Both the position numbers and the translations under genes were made by a program. Source: Camelus ferus (taxonomy: Eukaryota). From it: a stretch of DNA of 64,000 nt. Shown piece after piece: positions 1 to 13,717 of the stretch (position 1 is the first letter of the stretch; each line of letters opens with the position of its first letter). The notes beneath the pieces are model-generated. The model was not told the DNA's origin and did no database searches. It saw nothing but the letters and a program-made list of their open reading frames with translations. Location of the stretch: assembly GCF_009834535.1 (NCBI RefSeq), contig NC_045697.1, positions 86,802,001 to 86,866,000 of the forward strand, in the 5' to 3' direction.

Positions 1-544
1 TATTAAGGTTAGATACATTATTTTAAATGAAGGGAAAAAATCTAATTTAAAGCAGAGGAAATATGCTTAATGTTAGTGAGTGTACGAGATGTGATGTCTG
101 TAAGGGAAACAGCGAAGGGAGAGCACTTGTTTTAGAAGGGAATCTACCAGTGGCTAAACCAAGCAATTCTGATTTGGGGCATTTAACACTTGTATCATTA
201 GTGTATACTTGATTTCCTTTTGTTTCTTCTTTAGTTTAGTGGTACAAGTGGTTTGTGGCCAAAGAAAGTGCAGGGTGCTTAATGATGTGCCATCACTGTG
301 TTCCCCAGCACTCAGAAACAACAAGCTACTCTCAGACAGTAAACAACACCCACGAGGAAACCACTTCAGAAATTCAGGTCACTGCTCCTAAGAGGACAGT
401 TTTACTGCAAAGCACCACGTAGAATAAAAATTGCTTCTAGACAGGAATGCTTAGGAAATAACACTGTCAAGGAGGAGAGGGCACAGAAAGGAGCCTCTGC
501 AATCATTGTGAGATGGTGTGGAGGGAAATTCGGGGATTTGGAGG

Positions 545-700
545 ACGACTGCCCTGGAATTCAATCCCAGTTTCAGTACCAGCTGGGAAGTTGCTTAAGC
601 TCTCTGCACCTGCGTCTTCTCGTATGTCAAATGGGAGTAAGGATACAAAGATTGTTATGAGTATCAAGTCAGTCAAAGCAGGTAAAGTGCTAAGCTCGGT
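545..700 (+). mobile_element. MIR fragment
   Basis: MIR core-like ggaattcaatcccag...aagttgcttaagctctctgcacc...tgtcaaatggg. Confidence 0.55.
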
Positions 701-2675
701 GATTGGATTTGAAGAGGATTTTAGTTCCCCTTCCTGGTGTTTTTACTTAAAACAAATTAATGAATAAACATATGTGGATTAAATGCTCTAACATAATCAT
801 CTGCTCATTTTCATGAGCACCGTGCCGTCCCCGGGCTCTCTGGCTGGGTGAACACAGACTGATTTGGGAGTGATTAGTTCCCCGCTCCCTGCCATGTTCT
901 GCTCACCCAGAGAAAACCAAGTGTTTTTAATCCTTTCTAGAATGAGTCAGGAGTAATCCACAGAGGGCCCTCCTTTGCCACGGGCTTAAATTTCCTTTAC
1001 CTCCTTCTCCCATTTAGTGATGATAACAGTGGTGACAGTAAACATAATGATAGCTATCATCTAGTGAAGACCTGCTATGTACCAAGCTGTGTGCTAAGTC
1101 CTTTAAGTACATTATCCTTCCAACAATTCAGAGAAGTGTGTATTTTACCCACACGTGGGTTTCTTGATTTCAAGGACTATCCTTTACAAGGGAACATTCC
1201 TGAAATGTCTGGGACTCCCCTAAAAGCAAACTTTCTGGATGTTTGGTTCTGAAGGCCAGAAGCCCCCTCACCTGAAGCCATCACTGTTGCCACCTGCCAT
1301 CATAGAGAATATGGACCTTCCCCACCCAGGCCACATGGCCTTGTCCAGTGGTGACTTCTCATTCTGTTCAGCCACACTGTAAGGCCACACTTCCCACACC
1401 TCTCCCCAGGCCTGGGATTCAGGGAAACCATGCTGGTCCAATTAGAGCCTTCCTTGTTAGCCAAGAGGGGTCATTTCATTCTTCAACTTAGTTACTTGGT
1501 CTTAGCCCAGGGTTCCCGGGAAAGACCCTTGCATGTCCTCTTGAGTCTCTCACCAATTCCTACCACGCATTTTTACCACGTATAACTTTATCAATTCCAC
1601 ATTTTCCTAAACTGCACTGCATAAATGATCTCTCTCTGCACCAAGCACTCTCACATAAAATAATCTCTCATATAATGCTCATAGTAACATTCAGATATTA
1701 TAGATAAGGTAATGACAGATTCAGAGATAAAAAATAGCTTTGCTTAAGATGATCCAGGCACTCCTGGATCTAGGGATGGTGACTTCGAGTTTAGGACTAT
1801 GCTAGTCTGCTTCCTGATCTTGTCAACAGTTAATATATTTTCAGGAATGTCAGAAATAAGACAGTATCCATCCATATCTCATTTAAATACTTATTCAATT
1901 CTGTGAAAAATGATGATCTTATAATGATATTTAGTATCATTCACATATAGTAACTTTTAGCAAATTTATCAAGTGTTGACTGCTAAGGAACATTAAGTAC
2001 TTAAAACATTTTAAAAGAGTGATTCACTACCATTACTAAGAAAATATGCCACAGGGATGATTCACTAAAGACAGTTTAAATGAGACTTTGAAATAGACAA
2101 TGTACGAATCACAAATTTTAAAAATGTTTTAAAAAGAGAGAGAAGGAAAAAAAAAAAACCCTTTGTGGTTGCTTTTCTTACAACTAAATATCATCTTACT
2201 AGAAAAGGGCTTGGCCAATCGATTGATTCATCCAGGACGGATGCTGAGTTTAGTTTTAGAGGTTTTTAAAAAAAGATCCATGGTTCATTTGAATAATTTC
2301 ATTTCTCTTTCTTTTTCTCCTTCTTCTCATTCTTGTTCACTTTCTTCTTCTCTCCCCCTTCCTCCTTTCTTACCTCCTCCTCCTTTTTCTTTTGTTCATT
2401 TCTTTGAGTATTAAAATTAGCTCAAAGAAATCACATATTTAATATCTATCACAAAGTATAATACTTAATCACAAAATTAATATCTATCAAAATGAACTTT
2501 ATGTTTGGCCTTATTTGTTTTTCCTCCTTGTCTATAGATAGTGCCTATAATTTTCCTTCAAGGGAGATAAAGGTAGGCAAATGGCCTTCCCTCTGAAGGT
2601 AGAATAAGAGAAGAGTCAGCATTGAGATGTTATGAATTCACCCTTCAGGGAGGTTTCCAAGCTTATGTAGGATAC

Positions 2676-3089
2676 TGTATTGTCAGGGTTCTCCAGAGAA
2701 ACTGAACCAACAGGAGTTCTGTCTATGTATCTGTGAGAGAGATTTATTTTAAGGAATAATGGTAGAGGCTGGCAAGTGCAAAAGTTACAGGGTGGGTGGC
2801 CAGACTACAGTCATGGAGAAGAGCTGATGCTGCAGCTTAAGTCTGAAGGTGATATGCTGGCAGAATTCCCTCGTCTTCAGGCGAGGTTAGTTTTCTTCTG
2901 TCTAAGTCTTCAATTGCTTATGTGAGGCTCACCCACATCATGGAGGGTAATCTGCTTTACTCAAAGTCTGCTGACTTAAAGGTTAACGTCATCTAAAAAA
3001 TACTTTCATAGAAATATCTAGAATAATGTTTGACCAAATCTCTGGGTATTATGGCCTAGCCAAGTGGACACATAAAATTAACTGTCACA
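2676..3089 (-). mobile_element. MLT2-like (ERV-L) solo LTR
   Basis: Minus strand begins TGTGACAGTTAATTTTATGTGTCCACTTG; TG...CA ends; 5-bp TSD GATAC at 2671-2675 and 3090-3094. Confidence 0.85.
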
Positions 3090-4219
3090 GATACTCCTTG
3101 CAGAGAGATCACTGGCCCATGTCCTCTTTTCAGCCTCATCAGAATAAGTAGATTGGTCCCTTAATAAACTGTCAGATGCAACTCTTCTCTCCCTGGCTTA
3201 GCCAGAAATTTTTGTATTTTTTACAAACTGAAACCTGGTTCCCTACATTTATGGAAATTCAGAAGAGAAGCCATTGCCTTAACTCTGTTTTGTGATGTCA
3301 CACATAGCAATTTTTATTTCTAGCAAAGCTGGTAAAATTCTTTTCTCCAAGCTCTAAAGATTTGACAGTTCCTTCCCTACTCGTCACTATGAACAGTGGT
3401 ATAAGTTTGTGGGGTTGCTAGAATCGCTCTTCCAGAATGTCTTAAGAATTCCAGTTCTTCAGTTGCTTTCTTTTAGCTTCTAGTGACTCATCCCTTATTC
3501 TCTTCCCCATTTTGTTGTATAGAAGTAAGAACAGCAGTTGAGTCAGAGCTGGGGAAAGCAGAAGTTGTGGGTCCCGACTCCCCTCAGTCCTAAGTAATCC
3601 CTTCCTTCCTGGGGGCTTTCATCTGAGGAAACTGCTACTGTGTGTGTGTATCTTTGAGTGGTGGAGAGCAAGAATTGAGAGAAGGATTCAGAGGACATAG
3701 AAAAAAGAGGATACTGAAATTTTTCTTTTCTCTTTTCTTTTTTTTTTTTTTTTACTTAATTGTCCCTTAAATGCTTTAAAAAATTAGGACTAAGAAGGTG
3801 TAGTGAAATTTAGGAAAGAGATGCCTGCTGTAATGTAAAAAGTTCATCTAAATTCTTCTTCATCAGGACTGGCATTGTGCTGGAACTGTGAAGAAAGGGG
3901 TGTGGAAGGTGGAGTTGGAGGAGGAAAAAGGCATCCTGGGCCAAGGGCTTGTGGGGGTGTTGAGGGTTTGTGGGAAAGTGGCCTGACCAGACTAGACAGT
4001 GGCAAGAAATGAAGTTGGATAAGGAACACATTTTGAAGGGTCTTGGAAACTCCACTGAGATGAGACTTGTTACAATTATGTTGTGATAAGTAGAGAAAGA
4101 GACTTGATGGGTAGGGGCTGGTGAGAAGGAATGAACAGAGGGCAAGGAGCGAGTTCTGGGAAAGCCCCACTCCTAGAGTGTGAGAGGAGGAGGGTGGAGG
4201 TGTGTGTATCTTGTCCCAT

Positions 4220-4878
4220 TGTTACCTAACCGACCTTGGGTCTGCTTGCCTGACACGCAACGAAGCCAATCTACTGACACTGCGTTGTGGTGAAGGAAAG
4301 TACAGTGTTTCTTGCAGGCACCAAACAAGAAGAACAAGAAGCTAGTGCTCAAAAGACCTGAACTCCCAGATGGCTTTCAATGAAGGATTTTTAAAGGCAA
4401 CAGTAGGGGTGAGGGTTGCAGGGTGCCTGATCAGCTCGTAGACATTCTTCTACCTGGTTGGTGGTGAGGTAACAGGATGATGTTTCAGGCGTCAGCATCA
4501 TCAGTCTTCTAGTCCCAGTCGGTCTGGGGTCTGTGTAGTTGTCGTCAGCAGTTTCCATCGGGTGGAAGTCTGGTTTCCATAAAAACAACTTAGGAATGTG
4601 TGTCAGACATTGTTATCTGTGTCCTTCAGGGAGGAACTAAAGTCCTATGACTCTGCTACATGGCTGATTTACTGTTTGAATTGTTACTAGTTTACCAGCC
4701 CAACAGCTGTTCTTTGTTTCTGCATGTTCGAATTTTCCTGATTATTAACTCTTGAGCCAGCCTTTTGAGACTCAGAGGAGGCCTGAAGCAAAGCCTTTTG
4801 CTTCAAGAGATGAAGGACACTGCAGTGGGGGTGGGCTCATGTAACCAAGAGGGTCTCAAAGGGTCCTGCTGGGTTTCA
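4220..4878 (-). mobile_element. ERV1-type solo LTR
   Basis: TG...CA termini with 4-bp TSD CCAT at 4216-4219 and 4879-4882; LTR-like content. Confidence 0.75.
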
Positions 4879-5689
4879 CCATCTTTGATTTCCTCCCTAA
4901 AGTTAGAAGGGGGGGGCGGGGGGCGGTTACCTGATGATGGTAAATGCAAGAGGTTAGGACTGAAGGCTTGAGAAAAGATCGTTTAGTTCGATTTCACAAG
5001 CCATTTTTGAGCTTCTGCTCTGCAATGGCCACAATGCTGTGTGTTAGGAATACAAAGATGGATAAAATAGGACCTCTCTTCTCAAGAAGCTCCCAGTCTT
5101 CCAGCAACCAATAAAAAAAAAAAATTATTTTTAATGAGTCAGAAGCACAAGGCAGGTTTGTCTCCTAGTCAACTATGGGTATTGAGACCTGGCAGTCTAG
5201 TGTGGGTTGAGGTCAGCTGACCATGGAAGCCAGGCTGGTGTCAGAGTGAACTGATGACTGAAGCTGAATGATTAGAAGTCCCAGGGCAAGAGCGGGTTGC
5301 ATACCTGCAGGGCATTGGGAGAGGCATGTGTGTAAGACGGTGGTGGCTGGAGAATCAGTGTAAATTCTGGGACGTCACAGAGAGTTGCAGGGAGTGAATA
5401 CACAGGTGCGGTGCTGCTCTGGAAGAGGGATGGAGGTCAGGAACCAAGGCAGATGAAGAGCCTGAGATCCAAGAGTGGGATGAGTTGTTCATGGGCAGTA
5501 ACACCTTTGTGTACTTGTGACAAGGTGACATTGCTCCCACTACACTCAGATTCAGCTGAGAAAATATTTCTTTGTAACTCCATAAATCATCTCAATTTCT
5601 TCATGACCAGACCCTCTACATAATAAGAAGAAAAATCCTAAACATTACTTTGGTCTCTAAGTAATCTTAGTACATTGTAATGAGAAGAA

Positions 5690-5817
5690 GTGGCCACATA
5701 ATTTGTAGGGCTCAGGGCAAAATGAAAATGCAGTCCCCCGTGTTCAAAAATTAAGAATTTCAAGACAGCAACAGTAGAGTATTAATGCAAGCCCTGGGCC
5801 CACAAAGCTAAGCCTGG
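5690..5817 (+). mobile_element. MER45-like hAT fragment
   Basis: cataatttgtagggctcagggcaaaatgaaaatgc...gttcaaaaattaagaatttcaagac. Confidence 0.6.
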
Positions 5818-6809
5818 TAACAGAGTCAACATCCCTTTCTCTTCAGCCCTTTAAAGTGCTCAGGGTCTCCGGGTTCCTCTCCCTCTGGCTGCATCTCTGC
5901 AGGTGGGGACAGGGTGGGGCTTAGTACTCTCTCAGCAGGGTGGAGACTGGGAGGAAGGACATGTGGTTCCCAGCACTGCCCTCTCTGCCCTCACTAGTCT
6001 CCAGAGAGAAATAGCTAGGGTTTGTGCTTCCTGCACTGGTGGCCACTAACGTGCAACTGGCTCATCTGGTTTTGAGGGTTAGAGTGCTGGCCCACACGCT
6101 GAAGACTGTGATTCCCACCCCCATTCTTCTGAGTCAAAATCGTGACTTAGGGCAGCTGCTTGGCCCTGGGCTTAGCCTATCTACCAGCATTTTCAGCACC
6201 TCTGTGGTTTCCCATCAGGATATTTTGGAAACGCCTATAGTCCCCTAAATTCTGAGTGATCTGTGGGGCACTGTGAGCCCTGCTGAGCCCATCTGTCTCC
6301 ATCCTTCCCACACTCTTCCCTGAAATACCATCGCCCAGTAGTGATGGGGGGGGGGTCTCTCTGGTTCAGCTGAGGTGAGTCTTGTGCCCGGAGGTCCCTG
6401 AGCTTTCTCACACCTACTTGAATGTTTCTAGGGCATCCACCAGGTTAGGCTTTTAAAGGAGGTGCAAAGACCTGCCTACCCACCACATGCCCATCTCTGC
6501 CCCCAGCTGCTGTGTCTTCTCCTCCCCACCAATTCTCCAGCTGAAAGAGTGACATTTTGATCTTTTTGACATTCTCTATGTCACATCTCACTTTTCTTTT
6601 ATGGTCTTTAGGCACACAAAATTGGATTAATCAGAATTTGGGATTCATAATACATTATCTTCACTGGTTTCCTGCATGTCCCTCTTTTATTTTTAGCTGC
6701 TCATTTATTGATTAAATAATATGATTAAATAATGAACATCATTATACCGGCACCCAACCCAGAAACTAAAACATTATCAATAACTCACATCTACTTCACC
6801 CAGACCCCC

Positions 6810-6952
6810 CTACCTCTTCTCTTTCTTCCTCTCTCTTTCTCTGTCTCTGTCTCTGTCTCTGTCTATGTCTCTCTCTCTCTCTCTCTCTCTCTCCCCCCCA
6901 CCCCCCTCTCCCTCTCTCCCTCCCTCTCTCCCTCTCTCTCTCACACACACAG

Positions 6953-6979
<27 letters not shown>
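6810..6979. repeat. Compound (CT)n/(CA)n microsatellite
   Basis: Direct inspection. Confidence 0.9.
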
Positions 6980-6984
<5 letters not shown>

Positions 6985-7002
6985 ATCTCATATGTAGTCA
7001 TT

Positions 7003-7195
7003 AGTGTACTGTAACCAGTTCAAGAGAGTTGACAACTGTGTACATCCCTTCCCAGCTCTGCATTTGGTGATATCATGTGAGTAACATGAAATCAACCATG
7101 GTGAGGGTACTTGCAGCGTGCAGTTAGCAAGTACTACAAAGCAGAGCCTTTTTCTCCAGAGAGCTCACTATTAAACATTTATTGGCACACCACTG
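7003..7195. mobile_element. MER63-like hAT fragment
   Basis: Ends ...ttaaacatttattggcacaccactg, resembling MER63 termini. Confidence 0.5.
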
Positions 7196-7764
7196 TATGG
7201 ATGTTCTAAACAAGACTGCCTCTTGTGTTTATTTGCTAAATTCCTAACATTTCAAATGATACAGCACAGAGAAGACACTGTGTTGTTTAACATGTGGATA
7301 AACATCCTTCTGAATCCCTAGGGCAGCAAGATTCGTGACCTAGATAGCACAGAGGAAGCTGTTCTCGCTGCCTACAGGAGAAACTATTATCTGAGCGCTA
7401 AATGAACTTAGAAAGCTCTATTTCTTTTAATAAAGCCTGGCTTCTGTTATTGTCTTCGATCTAGATCCCATATTAGATATTATAAACTGTTCTTTTTACA
7501 TTCCTGCTGGAACATTCCACACATCTGTTAGGCAAATAGATGCCTCTCAAAAAAGATTCAAAAGAGAAAAATATTCTCAAAAGGGAAAATATTTTCTATT
7601 ATTCTATATTTTCTATTTCTATTATTTTCTATAATTTCACATATAAGCAGGACCAGCCATTTCTGCACGCATGTGAAGCCATAGTTTATTTGCAAGAAAC
7701 TCAGAATTAAGGAAGTGCTCTATGAGGTGTGTGTGTGTGTGCATGCGTGTGTAGAAGTCCAATA

Positions 7765-8193
7765 TTTTTTCCTTTTTTTATAAGTATAGTCAGTTACAAC
7801 AGCATAATGCTTCAATCATACATATACATACATATATTCATTTCCATATTCTTTTTCATTATAGGTTACTACAAGATATTGAATATAGTTCCTTGTGCTA
7901 TACAGAAGAAATCTGGTTTTTATCTATTTTAAATATAGTATTTAACATTTGCAAATCTCCAACTTCCGGTTTATCCCTTTCCACCTCCTTCCCCCCTCAC
8001 CCTGTAACCATAAGTTTGTTTACCATGTCTGTGAGTCTGTTTCTGTTTTGTAGATAAGTTCATTAATGTCTTCTTTTTTTTTCTTTTTTAAGATTCCACA
8101 TGTGAGTGATATCATGTGGTATTTTTCTTTCTTTTACTGACTGACTTCACTTAGAATGACCATCTCCAGATCCATCCAGGTTGCTGCAAATGG
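7765..8193 (-). mobile_element. LINE-1 3' end
   Basis: Reverse-complement similarity to the L1 3' UTR at 16720-17140. Confidence 0.85.
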
Positions 8194-9529
8194 GTTCTCT
8201 GAGTTTTTAGATAATACATAACTAAAAACTCCAAATACAAATGCCATGGGTCTTAACACTACTGCCTCCTTCTTCTCTCTCCTCCTCTCCTCTCTTCCTC
8301 CCTCAACTCCTCCTCTCCTCTCTCTCCCTGCTCTTTTTCATTCTCATTCTCCCCTTTCTCCTCTGTACTTCCCTCTTTGGCCTCTCCCTTTTCTAGACAA
8401 ATTGCTGAGTATGTGTGAAAGGAAAAAGTAAGAAAATGGACCAGCATTCCATCTCAGAGTTTTACATACCTAGGAGCTGAAACACTGGGTCCTCTGAGTG
8501 GGCAAAGGCAGGTCTGTGACTCTTTCTGGGTGTCTTGTACACTCTGGAAAATCTTATATTAATTCTTTATATGGAAATAAAATATTAATCCTGATTTTTT
8601 ATGCAACTTTAAATGACTCTACAATTTTACTTTTTTCCTATACCCTCCCTTATGTGGCAGAAAGAATCCTATGTATTTATCGAGTCTTGTTTCATTTTCC
8701 TCTTCCCAGGACATGGAAGGATTATATTTCCTACCTCTCAGAACTTGGATGGAGCCACTTGACTGGGCTTTTGCCCAGTAAAAATAAACAAAACCTGGCC
8801 ACTTAACATCCACAACTATGTTTCTACCCCTTTTTCGCTTGCCATCACTTGCTTAAAATGGCAGTGTGCAAGATACTAGACCACTGAGTCACCACTTGGA
8901 GGAGAGCCCTGAAGGTGAGCTTCCCACCCCATACCAGACTGTGCCATGAGCAAGAAATAAAACATATGGGGTTGAGCCATTGGGATTTGATACTTGTTAT
9001 TGCAGCCTAGTTAATCCTATCCTGACTTTTCTCAGGAACATCCTTTTGAGTCCTAGGATTCATCCTACTTGAACATACACAGGTCACATGGGTCATATAC
9101 TCAACCCTGGAACCGTTATTATGGCCAAGGTGGAGTTGGTGGACTGATTGTCCAAGTTTGGTTCACATGCTATACTCCTGGAGTTGGACATGGAACCTTG
9201 GCAAACAAATGGATTGATACTGAGGTAAGAGTTGATGTGCCTGAAGGAAATCATGAGGTTGGCTTGTCTTTTTTTTTTTTAAGTGAGGGAGGCAGGGAAA
9301 GACAGGGAGTAGATGCTGGAGTCTAAAAACATCGTGGGGTTTTAGGCATTATGAGTAGGATATTTTATTATAATTATTAATGTCAAGAATTAGTTGTAGA
9401 TAAGTCTAAATTGACAAATTAAGTCCAATTTTAGAAACTCTAACTCTACAATATCAAAGTAGTTTGTCTATTCTATGAAATTTAGGGAGTCGTGTGTTTT
9501 TGAGATGAGCAGTTTTCTAATATTTGATG

Positions 9530-10300
9530 AGAGAAGCTTTTTTTAATGAATAATAACTTGGTAGCAGCGGGCAGACTGGACTGAGATCGAAGAAAACTAG
9601 AGTTGAGAAGAGCATAACAATCCAAGAACGCAGTGGTAAGCGATAGTGGCGGTGCTGGCAGGAGTGAAGAGGAATCGACACACTGAGTTACATGAGAAAG
9701 GAAAACTGACAGGTCTTCACGTCTGATTTGATGTGGGGAGATAAGGAGGAATCCAAGATGATTTGGAGGTTTGAAACTTGCACACAGAGAGTATATTTGG
9801 GGAAGATGGTGAGCTTCATTCAGTACATTGAGTCTGAGATGCCTGTTAGACATTTAAATGGAGGTTAAGCAGTTTCACAGCTGAAATCTAGGGGACAATC
9901 TGGCTTGGAGGGAAACATCTGGGAGGCATCTACATACAAATATTTGTTGATCAAATTACTCAGTGAGAGTAGAGGTTATGTAAAGCAGAGATCTAAGCGC
10001 AACTCCCTGGCAGTAACCACTGCTAGACAGAATTGAGGTGGGAGAAATTGAATGAAAAATAGAGGAGTGGGACAGAAAAGCAGTGTGTGTCAAGGGAGGG
10101 GAAATCCCAACATCTCTTAAAACTGCCAAGCATTAGGAAGAGAGACACTGAATCACTGGGGATCTTGAAGTTTCAGTACAGTGAAGGTAAGGTTGCTGGA
10201 GAGCCAAATTTTGACGTGTTAATGAGATAGCAGATGGTAAGGAAACGGCATTAAAAAGCAGGTAGGAAATAAAATGGTAGATTGAAGGCACCTTATAGTC
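9530..10300 (-). mobile_element. LINE-2 fragment
   Basis: L2-like phrases (tgagatgcctgttagacatttaaatggag; ggaatccaagatgatt). Confidence 0.65.
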
Positions 10301-13300
10301 AAACCACGGTTTTTCCAAGACTGAGGAGACCTGTGCATTTTAAAATCAGGGGAAAAGAAGCCAGGGGTCAGGAAAAGTCGTTGTTGTTATTGTTTTGTCT
10401 GTTTGTTTGTTGGCTATTTTTAAAGAAAATAAGTAAGAGTAATAACAGTACCTTGCATTGCCACCTAAGTGTCCGGTGCTGTGATAGGTACCTGTTGTAT
10501 TTTTCCAATTATTGTACCATCATATAGAAGAGAAAATGAAAAGCAGAGAGGTTAAGCAACTCGACAAGGTCAGCTGTTAAAAGTCAGAGCCGCCTCGATC
10601 CCACATGATGTGAATTCAGTTTCAGTGATGCCCCAAGTCTCTGAAGTGCCGGGCAGTGCTGGCAGAAGGTGATCCATCAAGAAGTTCTCAGAGAATGGTA
10701 GTGATGTCTAAGAGCCTGGATAGAATATGAAAAGACTTCCAGGGATTTCTGACAAGGGTCTATGAATCTATCTCAGCAAAGCAGCCGAGCCCTGTCTCTG
10801 AAGTCTCCTCTTCTGTGCCCACTTACTAAAAGCGATAACACGTTGTTACACATGGTTTAAATTTTGTATCAGGAATGAATTCGTCTTTGAAGGGAAACAA
10901 GCTTACTTTCTTGTATCAGGTTAAAAAAAATGATATGGTCCCTTTGCCTTTTAAATTAAGAAAAGCCAAGAATCAAATTAAGACCTCTGCTGAGGCAGGA
11001 GGTCAACCCAAATACTTGAACACATGTATTTCCCCCCACAATTTTTTTTCTTTCCTTTGTCTTGTTTAACATTTATTTTGAATTTTTTTCAAGCTGTTTG
11101 TGGATCCTTTGGAAAATCAGTGGTGTATATGTGAATTTATGTTGTATATTCTGGTATATGCTGGTTGCTTGTTCTCTCTGGAGAGTGAAGGATGGGCAGG
11201 TTTTCAACAGGAACACATGCTAGTGAGAAGGACATTCCAGGTAGAAAGATAGCATTGGCAAAGGGCAGAAGCAAGCAAGCCCTGAGGGTATTAGAACACA
11301 GGGAGTCTGTAGAAATACAGAATAAAATGTTTATATCAAGAACTTGTTGCTCACCATGCAGGAAGGAGAAGAGAGGGAGAACAGAGAATAGGGTCCCCAA
11401 GTAGATGCTGCTAACACTCTCAGCTCCCCCTCCAAGTTATAAATGTCATCATGTGCATCCTTATGCAGATTCAGTATGCAGAACTAGCCTGGCAATGTGA
11501 GCCAGCCATCAGGGATTTTTACCTAAGAGCTGTATTTTCTCTGTTCTCAAGAAATGCTCTGTTTGGTGTGTCCAGGGGTTTGTTATGACACAGTGAAGTT
11601 GTCAGCAGGGATACCTTGAAGCAAGACAGGGAGAATTTAGACAAAGTATCTTGTAACACAAGGGAGTGTTGGTGCTTCTGGAAGGAAAGGAGTGAGTGCA
11701 GTCTTCATCGATGGTCCCATGCAGGGAACAGGAGGAGAGGGGAAGGGAAGGCGAGTCTGAGGACCACGAGGGCAGGCTGAGGAATCAGAACAGCGGAAGC
11801 TCTCTTAACGGAGGTCCAGCCAGTCAGCTCCCTAGATAATCAATGCATCTCATGCCCCCTATAAAAATTGTACACTGGTGCCTCCTGCACCTGAACTTGG
11901 GAGATAGTTACCTCTCTCCACGGCTCCTGCACCTCTGCTTCCACCATCTGAGTTCAGGGCTTACCAGGAATTAGTTTCCTTTGCTCCTAAGTCTGTTTGT
12001 GCCTTCTTTATTAGTAACTGGAATTACATAATTTCATTAAATGCTGCGTAACCGGATGAAATATGAATGTGAGGGGTACTAATGGGGAGATCACTTCTAT
12101 GCCAGTTAAGTAGAATGCTTGGGGAAGAACTGATCAAGGTGAGCACCTCAAATAATGGATGTTAGCTGTGAGGGAGGAAGTTATTTTAAAAATTAGAGAA
12201 AATGTGTAAAACTCCAGAAGGATTCTGGGCTTAGGCTACTTCAGAGGTGTCTTTCAGGTCTTGTTCTACTTTAAAGAAACTGCAACTTCCAATCGTAAGC
12301 CGAGGCAGCTGCGTGTGGCGTGGGTCAGGAGGCACCTCTGAACTCCACCAGAGGACCCCTGCACAAAGTGAGGCCCAGGCTGCACATCACATGTGGCTGT
12401 CCATGTTTCATGGCACATTTAAGACGGTAGGGTGCATTTACGTTTTCCTCATTTTAATGGATTTCCTCTATGGATCACTTAGGTATGGGTCAACAGGGAA
12501 TCACTGGAGATTTTGAAGCAAGTGATGTATTCAATACAATAACAGTAGAATGTGTTATATTTAATAAACATTGTAATCTACCTCTCAAACATGAAATATT
12601 TCAACATACTTGCATTAAAAATCTATCAACTTCAAGTATATGTTAAATAGAATTCCCTCCACAACTTGATTTGACATCAAGGTACAAATGCACTATGAGG
12701 TTCTGGGTCTGGGAGAAGACGAATGGGTTCAAGTCCTGGCTTTACCACCTGCCAGGAGTAGAAATAGAACCCATCTGAGAGGAGACATTCATTAGCACTC
12801 TTATTTTTTTTCCTTGAAACTCTATGAAACTTTAATAAAATTGATAAATATAAATGAGTAGGAATACCAAAAATATTTTGAGAAAGAGGAGCAAGGGAGG
12901 TTGCCAGCTCTGAAAATATATTTTAAAACAACCACAGTTAAATAGGATTCAACTACTGAGGTAACACCAAACATATCAATTAGATAGACTATAAAGCCTG
13001 GAAATAAATCTTATCATACATAGGAATATGTGATAAAGAAGTTATATCAAAGGAAAATAGAATTTAATAAACCCTCCTGGGACAACTGATTATTATATTG
13101 GGGTGTTCCCACCATATCCCCCCCCCCCCGTTTTAACTGTAACTAAAGAAACTAAAAAAAAAGAGAAAGAAAAATCCCAGAAAAAGTACAAGAAATATGA
13201 AAGAATACTTTTTCTTTGGAGAGGTGAATACACTGTATGCTTTGAAGCAACAGAAGAAATCACAGAGGAAACAGCCAACAGATTTAATTTTATTTTTAAA

Positions 13301-13681
13301 AGTTCATACTTTTGTAAAAATTGAAATAATTAAAATAAGAAGACATGAGGAACTAACATTCCCCTTCTTAAAATAAGAAAATGTGTAACTAGCACGCACC
13401 TCCCAACAAGAAATAGGGTTAATATACATAATCATATAAAGAGTGTCCTTATAGCACTTAAATAAATCATATAAAGAGGTCCCTTAGAATAGAGAAAATA
13501 ACCAATGGTATATTCATACAGTGGAATTCAATTTAGCCATTACAAAGAATGAACTAGATATTTTAGTTTGTCGAGGTGGATAAATCCCAGCAATACAATA
13601 TTGAATTTAGAAAGAGCAAGTTGCAGAACACTAAGTTTGGTATACTATCACTTGTAACATTTAAAAACTTACAAATCAGTG

Positions 13682-13717
<36 letters not shown>

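Noticed and set aside
6732..7004. ORFs rich in CV/ER/SL repeats
   Set aside because: Translations of a microsatellite.
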